A stretch of 64,000 nucleotides of DNA from TPA_inf: Saccharomyces. Taxonomy: Eukaryota. The notes under the pieces are model-generated. The model had not been told where the DNA came from, searched no databases, and was given only the letters and a program-made list of their open reading frames with translations. Positions within the stretch are counted from its first letter, which is position 1. Every line of letters begins with the position of its first letter. This document shows, piece by piece, positions 10,361 to 21,619 of this stretch. Location of the stretch: assembly GCA_000146045.2 (NCBI GenBank), contig BK006936.2, positions 736,001 through 800,000 on the forward strand. Reading direction: 5' to 3'. Position numbers and translations under genes: made by a program.

Positions 10361-11803
10361 TCATCTGCAATCTGCAATCTTAGTTTCACTGCCTGTGGAA
10401 TAATTTTTTCCGTTAACTGCTTTGGAGTATTCTCGCAATAAAGGTTCATACCATACACTTAACTTTTCTTCACCTTTGTCCAGTAAATTTCTCAAGGCAG
10501 AATTCCTATAATGCACAGTCTCAAGATCTATAATAGCACCTGCGCTCCCATCACCTATCAAGCTGCCCATCACCTTTGGCATCTCATTGAGCAGAAATTT
10601 TGAAGTGTATTCGTATCTCGTCAAGGTTTCTACTACTTGCATTTGTTCTAAGTACGGTAGTCTTAAGACAATCTCAGCACTAAACTTGTTTCTTATAGCA
10701 TTGAAACATTCTTCATCTGCTGAAAGATTTCTCAACATTCCAATGCTGTAGCCACTGACGTGAAAATAGTTTTCGACCACATCTTTATGATATTTTACCA
10801 AGTACTGCGGATTAATTAATTCCAACCACTCGGTTATTAATTTTGCTTCGGACCCAATTTTTAAAGAATCTTTGTCCATAGTCTTGAATAAAGAATATTC
10901 ATCTTCCTCAATTCGTGACACCTCTGCGAATAACTGTAAAAGACAATTTGTAGAAAAGGCCCTGACATCAGGATAGTTCTCCGTGTCTTCAAAAAGTTGA
11001 GCAAATACTGGCAGTATTTTTTTTACATGTCTTAAAGCCCAGTATTTATCTTGATTTCGTATTTCCAGCAAAAACTTAGTATAATAATTAACCAATTCGA
11101 TGAAAACGAGGATATCTTCAACGGATTTCAGTATCTCTTCTTTAGTAAAGCAAAATATGATATCCTTGAACTCAGGACCGCTGATGAATTGAAACTCAAT
11201 AGTCAAGAAGTCAATTAATCTGACAAAAGAAACCGTTTCCATTCTACCCTTTACGCTCACCAGGTATGGCAAATTATTATCAAATAATCGACGCCTAATC
11301 AATTCATCTGTACTCAACCTTTCCAACGCTTTTTCGATTGCTGTAATGAGCTTATCATTCTCCACTTTCTCATCAAATAGAATATCCAATAGAATATCGA
11401 TGATATTACTGGTCGCGAATAAACCCTTTGGCTGCGAATTCTCAATGACTCTACATGCTGCTACTTTTAATGGATCTATTTCTGACCTAAGGGCCTTCAC
11501 TAAGTCCTCCGCGCTATAAACTTCTAGAACATCGTCAAAATCAGCCATGGGAACAAGCTTGTCCACAACGTCCAAAAGGTAATCGTAATTCAATGAATCA
11601 TAGGATACGTTAGACGTCAGAAAACGCTTGATCGTAGCCAGTAGTGGTTTAACATCCATATCTGGAAGGGAGACAACAGTCACAAGATTCAAAGAACATT
11701 TCCTTAATAGTGTGTTGATATCTTCAGGCAAGTTATCTTCATTAAGTTCATTTTCTAATTGCGTAAGGAGATTTTCCACGTAATTTGTTTCTTTCTCACT
11801 CAT
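10361..11803 (-). CDS. HSM3: Proteasome 19S base assembly chaperone (480 aa); YBR272C
   Basis: 480-aa ORF with helical, ARM/HEAT-like repeat character. Position and length match. Confidence 0.87.
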   Translation of the reverse strand: MSEKETNYVENLLTQLENELNEDNLPEDINTLLRKCSLNLVTVVSLPDMDVKPLLATIKRFLTSNVSYDSLNYDYLLDVVDKLVPMADFDDVLEVYSAEDLVKALRSEIDPLKVAACRVIENSQPKGLFATSNIIDILLDILFDEKVENDKLITAIEKALERLSTDELIRRRLFDNNLPYLVSVKGRMETVSFVRLIDFLTIEFQFISGPEFKDIIFCFTKEEILKSVEDILVFIELVNYYTKFLLEIRNQDKYWALRHVKKILPVFAQLFEDTENYPDVRAFSTNCLLQLFAEVSRIEEDEYSLFKTMDKDSLKIGSEAKLITEWLELINPQYLVKYHKDVVENYFHVSGYSIGMLRNLSADEECFNAIRNKFSAEIVLRLPYLEQMQVVETLTRYEYTSKFLLNEMPKVMGSLIGDGSAGAIIDLETVHYRNSALRNLLDKGEEKLSVWYEPLLREYSKAVNGKNYSTGSETKIADCR

Positions 11804-12060
11804 TGCTCCTGTTTCGCTGAGTTCTTTTGCGGTGATTATAGTTGTAAACTTGTTTTATTTTTAATCCCGTAATTAAGGTGTTTATATAAACTTACTCTTC
11901 AATTTTTCTATATGCATTTGAAACAGAAAAAAAGATATAAAAATACCAGCTATAACAAAAATCCATGTAAATAAAATTACTGTATATTTTTTTATGTAAT
12001 CTAATCAAAAAAAATTCACGTCTAATACTAGTCATAAATGGAGTTGAAGCCATTAACTAC

Positions 12061-13371
12061 TTATTTTTTATCTTCGTCCTTTTTCTTTTCTAAATGGACA
12101 TTATTACCATTAAAGGTTGTTGGGTCTTCAGGATCTTCTTGATGATCGTTGTTAACAAATTGGAAAACATTTGGCGAGACAGAACGTGACGTAGTAAGGT
12201 TGGTTTCCGATGGGTACCTGGTTCCGCTAGGTGTCAGCATTGGTGATGCATGAGCAGATGATTGAACTGGTTCCCGAACATTGTTGTATTGGAAACAGCT
12301 TGACGAAGCAGCTCCAGATAAAGGTGTTGAAGACCTCACTTCGTGACGATTCGGCTTCGATGTTTCCTCACGTTGTGATGTTACTTCAGGATCTTTATCG
12401 TTGTGCCACCACGTAGAGAATCCCTTATAAAGACGGCCCAAAAGGCTTGGTCCCTCCATCCCAGTCACAGATAGCCCCGAGTTTTGAGTTTCTAGTGGTT
12501 TAAGTAATAATGCAGACCTTGGAGTTAGTTCTAGTGTCTCTAGCGTCTTCAATTCATCAGAATCCTTAAATGTCACTCTGGGAATGCCCCTGTGGAATGA
12601 GTACGGGCAGTCTCCATCTGTCCTGTTGACGTCCACCCATTTTCTAACGTCATTTAATGTTTCAGACGAGTTGAACTCATGTTTTAGAGTCTTGCCATCA
12701 GTCATCCTGATTTGCAAGACGCATTTGCTGCTGTGCAGTTTTTGTGCGTCTTTTATGTAATCATGAACATCCAATGGCTTATCATCATCAAGGGTTCTGT
12801 GATGAGTTTCATCAAGAGCTTTTCTTTCTGCACGGTCTGCCCTAACAAGTCTTATAATTCTTTCTCTTTCCTCCTCAGCCAGCTTTCTTTGTTTCAGTTG
12901 TTCACGACGTTGGATCTCTAAGGTAGTCTCAGCAATCCGTTCTCTTGCATTTTTCCTATGGACGTCTCTGGATGACTTTTCTTCTCTAGCCAAACCTGGA
13001 TTGGTTTCCCTGGACGAACTCTCACCAGCCTTTTTGTCTTTGATGCCTATGCACGCCAGCAACTTCTCCCAATGTCGGTCATCCTCGCCTTGAATAATCA
13101 ATTCTATCTTTCCAGCACGTATCAAGTATATACTGGGTACAACTACATTAGGAAATACTTGCTCAAATAACTGGAACTGCTCAGTGTCTTTGACCAACCT
13201 CAACCAAATACTATGTTCCGCTAAAGTATCTAATGAGACATCATCTCCTTTAAACCAACTTTTCAGCCACTGGTCATCCCGTGCAGTGTTGTAAACGGCC
13301 AGCACAACGCCTTCCTTGATGGAATCGTTTATTGCTTCTTCCACAGAATCTCTAAACAGTGCTTCTAACAT
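12061..13371 (-). CDS. UBX7: UBX-domain protein, Cdc48 cofactor (436 aa); YBR273C
   Basis: N-terminal thioredoxin-like/UAS region, a central R/E-rich coiled coil (EQLKQRKLAEEERERIIRL) and a C-terminal UBX-like region. Confidence 0.87.
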   Translation of the reverse strand: MLEALFRDSVEEAINDSIKEGVVLAVYNTARDDQWLKSWFKGDDVSLDTLAEHSIWLRLVKDTEQFQLFEQVFPNVVVPSIYLIRAGKIELIIQGEDDRHWEKLLACIGIKDKKAGESSSRETNPGLAREEKSSRDVHRKNARERIAETTLEIQRREQLKQRKLAEEERERIIRLVRADRAERKALDETHHRTLDDDKPLDVHDYIKDAQKLHSSKCVLQIRMTDGKTLKHEFNSSETLNDVRKWVDVNRTDGDCPYSFHRGIPRVTFKDSDELKTLETLELTPRSALLLKPLETQNSGLSVTGMEGPSLLGRLYKGFSTWWHNDKDPEVTSQREETSKPNRHEVRSSTPLSGAASSSCFQYNNVREPVQSSAHASPMLTPSGTRYPSETNLTTSRSVSPNVFQFVNNDHQEDPEDPTTFNGNNVHLEKKKDEDKK

Positions 13372-13593
13372 TTGGTTACGGCTGTTTGGTTTAGCTATCC
13401 TTGCTTCTTTGTAAGTGCTTTCAACCTCAACCCAGCTCCCTTTTAAATTTTCAACATTACTACGAGGCCTGCCGAAGTTAATAAAGAGCGGCTTTAAATG
13501 TCATTTTAATAATTGAATGGCAAATAAAAACAACTACAGCTTCAAACATAAGAGTATATCATAAGTTGCTGTATATGGGCAGCACGTATTACT

Positions 13594-15177
13594 ATGAGTC
13601 TCTCGCAGGTGTCACCTTTACCCCATATCAAGGATGTTGTTTTAGGAGATACAGTAGGCCAAGGCGCATTCGCCTGCGTTAAAAATGCTCATCTTCAAAT
13701 GGATCCCTCCATTATTCTAGCTGTTAAATTCATTCATGTTCCCACTTGCAAAAAAATGGGACTCAGTGACAAGGATATCACAAAAGAGGTTGTTTTGCAA
13801 TCGAAGTGTTCTAAGCATCCTAATGTTTTGAGACTTATCGATTGTAATGTCTCTAAAGAATATATGTGGATAATTCTGGAGATGGCAGATGGTGGTGATC
13901 TATTTGATAAGATTGAGCCTGACGTTGGAGTTGATTCCGACGTGGCCCAATTTTACTTTCAACAGCTCGTTAGTGCTATTAATTATCTGCATGTAGAATG
14001 TGGAGTTGCTCACAGAGACATCAAGCCTGAAAACATCTTACTCGATAAGAACGGAAATCTGAAGCTAGCTGATTTTGGGCTCGCCTCTCAATTTAGGAGG
14101 AAAGATGGTACATTACGTGTATCCATGGATCAAAGGGGTTCTCCACCCTACATGGCTCCTGAAGTATTATATTCTGAAGAGGGTTATTACGCAGATCGAA
14201 CAGATATATGGTCTATTGGCATCCTCTTGTTCGTATTGTTGACTGGTCAAACGCCTTGGGAATTACCTTCATTAGAGAACGAAGATTTCGTCTTTTTTAT
14301 TGAAAATGATGGAAATTTAAACTGGGGACCCTGGTCAAAGATAGAATTTACTCACTTGAACCTACTCCGAAAAATTTTACAACCTGACCCAAATAAGAGG
14401 GTGACATTGAAGGCTTTAAAGTTACATCCTTGGGTATTACGTCGAGCTTCATTTTCTGGGGATGATGGTCTCTGTAATGACCCTGAACTCTTGGCTAAGA
14501 AACTGTTTTCTCACTTAAAAGTCTCACTGAGTAACGAAAATTATTTGAAATTCACTCAAGATACAAACTCTAATAATAGGTACATTTCTACTCAGCCAAT
14601 TGGTAACGAATTGGCTGAGCTTGAACACGACTCAATGCATTTCCAGACAGTTTCGAATACACAACGTGCATTTACCTCGTATGATTCAAATACGAACTAT
14701 AATAGCGGAACAGGTATGACACAAGAGGCTAAGTGGACGCAATTCATAAGCTATGATATCGCTGCCTTACAGTTTCATTCTGATGAAAATGATTGTAATG
14801 AATTAGTAAAACGACATTTACAATTTAATCCGAATAAACTTACCAAGTTCTACACGTTGCAACCTATGGATGTTTTGTTACCGATTTTGGAGAAAGCCTT
14901 GAATTTATCACAAATTAGAGTAAAACCCGACCTTTTTGCGAATTTTGAAAGATTGTGCGAATTATTGGGTTATGATAACGTTTTCCCACTTATTATAAAT
15001 ATTAAAACCAAAAGTAATGGGGGTTATCAATTATGCGGTAGCATTTCCATCATAAAGATTGAAGAAGAGTTGAAAAGTGTCGGATTTGAAAGAAAAACTG
15101 GTGATCCTTTAGAATGGAGAAGATTGTTCAAGAAAATTTCAACTATCTGTAGGGATATTATCCTAATTCCCAACTGA
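13594..15177 (+). CDS. CHK1: DNA-damage checkpoint Ser/Thr protein kinase (527 aa); YBR274W
   Basis: Kinase subdomains: glycine loop GQGAFACV, VAIK-equivalent LAVKF, catalytic loop HRDIKPENILL, DFG, and APE (PYMAPE). Confidence 0.93.
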   Translation: MSLSQVSPLPHIKDVVLGDTVGQGAFACVKNAHLQMDPSIILAVKFIHVPTCKKMGLSDKDITKEVVLQSKCSKHPNVLRLIDCNVSKEYMWIILEMADGGDLFDKIEPDVGVDSDVAQFYFQQLVSAINYLHVECGVAHRDIKPENILLDKNGNLKLADFGLASQFRRKDGTLRVSMDQRGSPPYMAPEVLYSEEGYYADRTDIWSIGILLFVLLTGQTPWELPSLENEDFVFFIENDGNLNWGPWSKIEFTHLNLLRKILQPDPNKRVTLKALKLHPWVLRRASFSGDDGLCNDPELLAKKLFSHLKVSLSNENYLKFTQDTNSNNRYISTQPIGNELAELEHDSMHFQTVSNTQRAFTSYDSNTNYNSGTGMTQEAKWTQFISYDIAALQFHSDENDCNELVKRHLQFNPNKLTKFYTLQPMDVLLPILEKALNLSQIRVKPDLFANFERLCELLGYDNVFPLIINIKTKSNGGYQLCGSISIIKIEEELKSVGFERKTGDPLEWRRLFKKISTICRDIILIPN

Positions 15178-15216
15178 AAAAAATGGAGACAAAAGAAGGG
15201 TTAAGATGCACTGATC

Positions 15217-15231
15217 AAAAAAAAAAAAAAA
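15217..15231. repeat. Poly(dA) tract (A15) in the convergent CHK1/RIF1 3' intergenic region
   Basis: Homopolymer run of A read directly in the sequence. Confidence 0.9.
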
Positions 15232-15355
15232 TTCTTTCTACTTATTATATATCTCTCTCGATTTCTAGTGTGTCATCGTAACTATATATTGTTTCGAGAG
15301 ATTTTATTATTGTAATTAATTTATTGCCATTTTGATCTATTCTACATACTAACAA

Positions 15356-18300
15356 TCAATTCATATCATTATCCCTGTTTGAGTAATATTCGAGCCTCAT
15401 CATAAAATCTAATAATTCAATTCTCAAGTTTCTTCTTTCTTCCACAGATATTCCGTTCAAGTCGCCCGGTGTGAACCCTCTCAATCTGGCCACTAACCTT
15501 CTCGACTTTTTTGAAAAAAAGTGCACTTTTAATGAAGGTGTGGCTTCCCTAGATGTAGCATCTTCGTTACCATCTCCCCCCAACAAAGGTTCGCCATCTG
15601 CTTCTGTGTGGGCTTGGCCTAATTGAATTTCATGGTGTTTTTCTTTTCCACCAATTGTTTTTGGTACGGTGTCTAAGCCATTCTGCGCGTTGATATTTGT
15701 ATTTTCTGTCATTCGAGGAGGTGAATCTGGTGGCATTAACTCATTCCTTTGCAATCTCTTTTTCAATTTCTCTTTTATTTGGCTCTTTGACCCTTGCATT
15801 TTCAAAGAATTGAAAATGGGTATACGAATTTCTGGTAACACTGAAATATCAGCAACTTCGGGTTGTTCTTCTAGACCTGTCTCTTTAGATACCGCATGTT
15901 CCATTGATTTTAAAAAGCCCTCATCTCTGACATTTTCTTCAACAGGTACAAAATCGTCATTAATATTGGCATCCTTATCTCCTTTAAGCGGTCCCTTCAA
16001 ATTTTTATTAAGTTCGCATGTTCCACTATCTTCTAAGCGTACATTGATACCTTCTTCGGTCATAACAACTTCCCTAGATTCTTCTTCAGTGCCTTGAATG
16101 GGTGTGCTGTCCATCCTGTCATTATTTTTGTTTCTACTGTTTATTGCACCCACTTGATGTTTCTCTTGCGCAACCGTTCCATGTTCATCTTCATCACTAC
16201 GCAAGTCATCAACTTTTGATTTTTCTGTCTGCTTTGAACTATTGAGAAGTATAGTCCCACTCGGGATCTGAATGCCGTCTCCTGGCACCTCATTCCTTAC
16301 TGGAGAGGCTTGTTCAACATTACAAGCATAATCGTTGTTTTCACCCTCATTATTAGGACGGGCTTTCTTCACGCTCTTGTACTGTGCAATATTGTCTTGC
16401 GTAAAACTTTTACTGTTGATTTTATTCATACTTTCCTGGTTCTCCTGTCTTTGAACATGTTCAACTTGCCCTTTTCCATCTTCCTTTGTTATGGTTTGCT
16501 GGTCAAGATCTAAAGTGACATTCAAGGAATTTTCATTACAGTTTGTTTCCACTTTTATGCTATTCCTTAAAGCTAACGAAGATTCTTCGTTGGCTATACT
16601 CTTGATGTTAGTACATATAACGTCACTGCTAGGCGACACCGCTTGTTCCTCAGAAACTAAAACGTCCACCATCGTTTCATGACCTTTCGATCTTTTATTT
16701 TCAGAGGTAGGCGTCTCTTTGGAAGGTCGTTTTAGAGGATTATCACTGTTAACAACGTTATGATCAGGATTCGTTTTGATAGATCTATTTGTTACCGCCT
16801 TCAGTTCGCTAGTGAGAACTTCTATCGGTTGGTATGCGTTCACTTCCGAGGATTGTGTATCAATACTTTCATGCAGCTCAGTAACATCCACCTCATCGCT
16901 TTTAGTAGAACAAATGTTGCTATGATTGGCCACGTTTTTATCTAACTGCGTACTCTTCATCTGCTGATCTATTTCTCTAATGCTTTCATTATCCACTTCC
17001 TCTAGTGTTTCATCATCAATTGATCTGCTTCGGTTAGCATGTGATTCTTGCTGTGAAGAATTCATTATTGCAGTATTTTTAAGCGATATTGAATCTGAAT
17101 CTTTCGCACTAATCTGGGAAGATATTTGAATTGAGGAGGGAGGCTCTTTCATTCCCTGCGTAGCCGGAACCTGGATATCTTGAGAATCCACTTTTCTCTG
17201 TAAGTTTGAAAGTTTATTTTCACTCCCTTCGCATGGAATATACATCGACTTAGTGTCAGGTATAGCTTCAATTTCCTTACTTGAGTCCCCTTGATGAACC
17301 ACGCCCGATTCCTGTATCCACTTTCCTATTGTCTTTAATGTTGCATTATAGGTTCTCTTATCTTTAAACTTACGATTATGTGATTTGATGAGGTCAATCA
17401 ACAGATTAACCATATCAATAGTTTGATAGTTAGGGTTTGGCGGTAATATACTAATTAACATGGAAAAAAATTTTTTGGCGGCACTTCTAGAAAGCGGTTT
17501 AGTGAGATATAATAAGACTAATTCACGGAGCATATTTGTACTCTTTTTGTGTTTTTGCATATTAGAGCTAACTGGATTTAAGAAGAAAACTAAAAGTGGC
17601 TCCTTTAATTTTTCCAAAATTTGGATCTCTTTTTGTATAATAATCTTTTCAAGCAACTCCAATATATAATCATCATCTCCATTTTCAATTTTTTCAATAA
17701 CTGCTGCCAGTAACTTCCCATTAGGCTTCTCCTTATACGTCAGTAATTTTAACAGTAGCTCTGGACTTATTTTGAAAAGAACTTCGCTGGTCATATTTCC
17801 GCAAAATTCATCCAAATGATCCGCCATATTATTCTTTATGCAAAAATTCAATAGGCCACTGAATAATGGTTCAATGGGATTTGCCATCGCCAGATGAAGG
17901 AGTTCTCTGATTATTTCTGATTTTTCTAACTCGCTATCAGACGCATTTTGTAAAACGTTCTCGATTTCTGAAAAATTTTGATTTAGCTGTTCAAGTTGTT
18001 GACCCTTCAACAGCCAACGAACTAATGTAAGCTGTTCGGAGCACTTGAATAGTTTTATGTTTGCTGCAAAATATGAAGCTCTGCTACGTGGTAACAGCTT
18101 CAATAGGAGATCTGAATTTAGATCAGGGATGGAATTTAGTAAATTTGGATTGGAATGAATACAGTACTCCAAAATATCCATAAATTTGTTACGCCTTAAA
18201 AATGGGAGCAGACCGGAAAACAGTTCAGGATTCCCTGGTAAAGAAGTTTTTAACAGCGTGATCAGATCCACGTTTAATTTGTTTTCATTTTTTGAAACAT

Positions 18301-21106
18301 AGCTTTGAATGAAATAAATAAAATTATTGTTCGACCACATAGACACATGAAGTAGTGTAAACAAATTAACTGGAAAGCTGAGCTTCAAACATAGGTCCAA
18401 GAAATTTTCAATGGAATTTTCATTCGGAACTTTGTTCACAATATTCGCCAAACTCTGAAATTCTCTGAAAGATATATTTGGTGGTAATAACGTTGATCCA
18501 ACCCAATTTTGGGCATATACTTCTGTTTTCTTATCATCCAATTCTAGAAACTTTTCTATTATCAGAAATTCAGATGTTTCGTTTCGAGCTTTCCTGATAA
18601 CATCTTTTAAAAGATCAAGGGTCATGTTTCCTTGCGAAATACCAACTTTGGAAATTTGGATATTGAAATTTACTAATGATGAATCATTCTTTCTTAAAAA
18701 CAGGTCCAAAAATGTATAAACAAACGATGAAGTAACAGCACCAAAAAAGTCACGAAAAATGGGTGTATCTTTGTTGTTTTGCGTGACTTTTAATATAAGA
18801 CTGCTAAAGGATTCTAAATGAGTTTGGTCCTTTCTATCCTCTGGAAGATGCTTCAAAGATGTAAGGATCAGATCATGAGCCAAATTAACGTTAGAAATGG
18901 CTACTTCAACAGCCTGGAACACAACTTTCATGATTTTATCGTATTCACGCTTGATGATCTGCGGGGGCAGGCTTGAAATGTCTTTTAACTTTACACCTTC
19001 TGAGGCTATAACACTCATTGGGTGAATATGCTTTTTATATTTTCTTTCCAATGCAACATCTGCATTCTTTCCCCCAATTAACAAATGCAAAACTGTGAAG
19101 AGTACATTTTGCAAGTGAATCGAATCATATTTGAAAACATAATCTTCATAAATCGGGGTTATTAGGTGGTCCCAAAATAGTTCAAACATATCTGTTGACA
19201 AATTCTTATTACTTGTAAATGCAGTGTAAACAACACCTAAAAGGTGGTAGATGATCCCTTCTCTAGCGCTTGGATCATTCACATAAGGAAGCGTCATTTG
19301 AAAAGGGGTTCGTAAAAGTGACAGTAAACTTTTGTTTCCTTCCTGATTTTTCTGTGATATTTTCGTGCATATGCAGTAGGTAATAATTCTCCAAACTTTG
19401 ATGGACATTAAGCGAGTCTTGGGGTGATTATTGATAAAGCACAGGTTATTTAAATCAAACCAAACTTTGTTAGATTCTGATGTCAAATCATAAACTCTCT
19501 TTCCGCTATCGTATAGTAATCCGGTCATTGAAAGCCACAAATCCATTGCTATTTTATTGTCATTTTTGACCACAATATAGTTTTTTATCTGCTGTGTAAG
19601 AAGATGACCAATTGTCACTTTATCTAAATTAGCGCTGTCATATGAATTTAACGGTAGTTTAGATAAAAATTTTTCCGGGATTGTTTCGCATACTGGAGAT
19701 AGCATGATACACTGGTAAATCCTTTCATGTTCATCAACAAAATCTAAGCATTTTTTTAGTAGTTCCAGTAAAACAACTATTGAAGTTATGAGAATTTTCA
19801 TGGAGTAAATTTCATCTCCGATAATAATCCTAGGTAGTACCTCACCTGGTAACCAAGAAGTTACCGTCTCAATCATTAATTTTGGATACTTGCTCAAAAA
19901 TCCCCTTATAAGTAGCAATTTTTCATATATTAGGTTGTGACTATTGATTTCCATTATTTCAGTGAAAGTGCTAATGATAGGTTTAATTTCTTCGTTGCTC
20001 AAGAAAAAAGTACCAAATTTTTCGTCTCTCAAGAAAGAGACTTGTGCTGTTATGATTATCTTGTTTGAATTTTCATTTCTTAGCGCACCGGTGGTCCACC
20101 TGTAAATAACTTTTAACTTATTAACCAAATCTGGCCTTTTCGTTAGCCACTTAACGATTTTGAAATTAGACATAATAGCACTGAAGAATCGAACTATTTG
20201 AACATATAGTCTGATTACAAATGGATTTTTTTTTTCACTACTACTTAATAATGTGTCCTGTGCTATTTGTAGATGCGGTATGCATATTTCAATGATACTT
20301 TCTATATTCACAATTAGAATATTGAATTTCTGATCAACCTCGTTAACATTTTTAGTGGTTAGAATGGGTATAATATTATTAAAGGTTGCGTATACCTCAA
20401 ACCTCCTCGCGACGTAATCTTCAGATTCTTGTCGCAAGATGCCCAATCCGCCCTCAATAATTTCTTTAAACTCCGAAACACTTTCATTATCAACTAAACC
20501 ATGGATCTCACCACTCACCCAATACTCTAAGGCGCGAGGATTTACCCTTGTTTCCTTATAAGGTGATGTGAAAATATTACCGTTGTGTAATTTGTGTTGG
20601 GTATATTGGAGTTTATTGTAACTCAAGTCGCTTACAGTCCTCACTGAAGGCAACCTATTCCTCAAAATTGATTTTCCTGGTTTGCTTGATGGAGAGGGTT
20701 TAGGTGAGGAACCTGGTATGCGGTAAATCGGTGATGATTCTATCCTATCAGAAAAAGCTACACTTTTTGTAACCGGTGATACATTATCACTATTAGAGGC
20801 AGACAACTCTGGAAGACTTTGCATTAGCCTGCTTCCTGTATCTTCTGGATATAAATTCTTGTTAATAGCTGATAAATCAAATTGTTTATTCTCGCAATCA
20901 CTTGAAGACGCTAGCTTTCGCCTCTTTGGCGTTGGCGATAGATCGCTTTGTATATGCATATGAGCTTGTGGAGATGGAGGTGGCAAGTTAGTTTTCATCC
21001 ACGGAGAGCTTCCATTGGAATAATTATCGTGTTGAGACCTACGGAGGATATGCTGATCAATTCGATCTATCGTATGTTTCTTTTTATCTGAAAAATCTTT
21101 CGACAT
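15356..21106 (-). CDS. RIF1: Rap1-interacting factor 1, telomere length and replication timing regulator (1916 aa); YBR275C
   Basis: Very long ORF of 1928 codons. I call the start at the second Met (MSKDFSDKKK), giving the 1916 aa I recall. It has a large HEAT-like N-terminal domain, and I recall RVxF/SILK-type PP1 motifs near its N-terminus. Confidence 0.93.
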   Translation of the reverse strand: MSKDFSDKKKHTIDRIDQHILRRSQHDNYSNGSSPWMKTNLPPPSPQAHMHIQSDLSPTPKRRKLASSSDCENKQFDLSAINKNLYPEDTGSRLMQSLPELSASNSDNVSPVTKSVAFSDRIESSPIYRIPGSSPKPSPSSKPGKSILRNRLPSVRTVSDLSYNKLQYTQHKLHNGNIFTSPYKETRVNPRALEYWVSGEIHGLVDNESVSEFKEIIEGGLGILRQESEDYVARRFEVYATFNNIIPILTTKNVNEVDQKFNILIVNIESIIEICIPHLQIAQDTLLSSSEKKNPFVIRLYVQIVRFFSAIMSNFKIVKWLTKRPDLVNKLKVIYRWTTGALRNENSNKIIITAQVSFLRDEKFGTFFLSNEEIKPIISTFTEIMEINSHNLIYEKLLLIRGFLSKYPKLMIETVTSWLPGEVLPRIIIGDEIYSMKILITSIVVLLELLKKCLDFVDEHERIYQCIMLSPVCETIPEKFLSKLPLNSYDSANLDKVTIGHLLTQQIKNYIVVKNDNKIAMDLWLSMTGLLYDSGKRVYDLTSESNKVWFDLNNLCFINNHPKTRLMSIKVWRIITYCICTKISQKNQEGNKSLLSLLRTPFQMTLPYVNDPSAREGIIYHLLGVVYTAFTSNKNLSTDMFELFWDHLITPIYEDYVFKYDSIHLQNVLFTVLHLLIGGKNADVALERKYKKHIHPMSVIASEGVKLKDISSLPPQIIKREYDKIMKVVFQAVEVAISNVNLAHDLILTSLKHLPEDRKDQTHLESFSSLILKVTQNNKDTPIFRDFFGAVTSSFVYTFLDLFLRKNDSSLVNFNIQISKVGISQGNMTLDLLKDVIRKARNETSEFLIIEKFLELDDKKTEVYAQNWVGSTLLPPNISFREFQSLANIVNKVPNENSIENFLDLCLKLSFPVNLFTLLHVSMWSNNNFIYFIQSYVSKNENKLNVDLITLLKTSLPGNPELFSGLLPFLRRNKFMDILEYCIHSNPNLLNSIPDLNSDLLLKLLPRSRASYFAANIKLFKCSEQLTLVRWLLKGQQLEQLNQNFSEIENVLQNASDSELEKSEIIRELLHLAMANPIEPLFSGLLNFCIKNNMADHLDEFCGNMTSEVLFKISPELLLKLLTYKEKPNGKLLAAVIEKIENGDDDYILELLEKIIIQKEIQILEKLKEPLLVFFLNPVSSNMQKHKKSTNMLRELVLLYLTKPLSRSAAKKFFSMLISILPPNPNYQTIDMVNLLIDLIKSHNRKFKDKRTYNATLKTIGKWIQESGVVHQGDSSKEIEAIPDTKSMYIPCEGSENKLSNLQRKVDSQDIQVPATQGMKEPPSSIQISSQISAKDSDSISLKNTAIMNSSQQESHANRSRSIDDETLEEVDNESIREIDQQMKSTQLDKNVANHSNICSTKSDEVDVTELHESIDTQSSEVNAYQPIEVLTSELKAVTNRSIKTNPDHNVVNSDNPLKRPSKETPTSENKRSKGHETMVDVLVSEEQAVSPSSDVICTNIKSIANEESSLALRNSIKVETNCNENSLNVTLDLDQQTITKEDGKGQVEHVQRQENQESMNKINSKSFTQDNIAQYKSVKKARPNNEGENNDYACNVEQASPVRNEVPGDGIQIPSGTILLNSSKQTEKSKVDDLRSDEDEHGTVAQEKHQVGAINSRNKNNDRMDSTPIQGTEEESREVVMTEEGINVRLEDSGTCELNKNLKGPLKGDKDANINDDFVPVEENVRDEGFLKSMEHAVSKETGLEEQPEVADISVLPEIRIPIFNSLKMQGSKSQIKEKLKKRLQRNELMPPDSPPRMTENTNINAQNGLDTVPKTIGGKEKHHEIQLGQAHTEADGEPLLGGDGNEDATSREATPSLKVHFFSKKSRRLVARLRGFTPGDLNGISVEERRNLRIELLDFMMRLEYYSNRDNDMN

Positions 21107-21162
21107 TGCAAATTGACCACAAAAACGATTTTGCAATGGCAATCCTGTAATAACGTTGACGA

Positions 21163-21178
21163 ATATATATATATATAT
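21163..21178. repeat. (AT)n dinucleotide microsatellite in the RIF1 promoter region
   Basis: atatatatatatatat read directly, about 60 bp upstream of the RIF1 start. Confidence 0.9.
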
Positions 21179-21619
21179 TCACTTTTATCTCCTTAGGTAC
21201 TGATGCCGACGAATTGCCTCAAATCGCTCTAAGACTGCGTTATTACTTTCGATCTTCTTGCTAACGATGAGTCGCCAATAAATAAAAAATCGACGCGTCG
21301 GTCAATTATAGTAACTTCTATTATTGTAGTAAATATGACATAAGAGGAAAAACACAAAGAACTGAAAATCAAAATGGCACTAATCACCTGCCTTCTGTTG
21401 ACTTCTTGTTTCTTATCAAAAGTAGAGTATATTCACGATGTAAATCTAAGATAGCTGTCCTTACTATATAAATATTTGCTGCGGCCCTTTTTTAACGATT
21501 TGTAAAGGATTACAGCAGTTCGTTATACTTGGCTGATAGCGTTAATTTTGCATACTTTTCTTATAATTGGTAATTTTCCTACGTATTATACAGTTGTACG
21601 TATACTTATATAACAAAGT

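Noticed and set aside
12231-12921. 61-aa and 69-aa plus-strand ORFs inside UBX7
   Set aside because: They are antisense shadow ORFs within a supported gene.
15669-17669. Several 60-140-aa plus-strand ORFs inside RIF1
   Set aside because: These are shadow ORFs antisense to a 5.7-kb gene. Their low-complexity S/L/F composition is typical of antisense frames.
21107-21142. 12-codon in-frame extension upstream of the RIF1 start (MPLQNRFCGQFA)
   Set aside because: The established 1916-aa protein begins at the second Met. The extension lies within roughly 40 bp of the (AT)8 promoter repeat and is probably 5' UTR.
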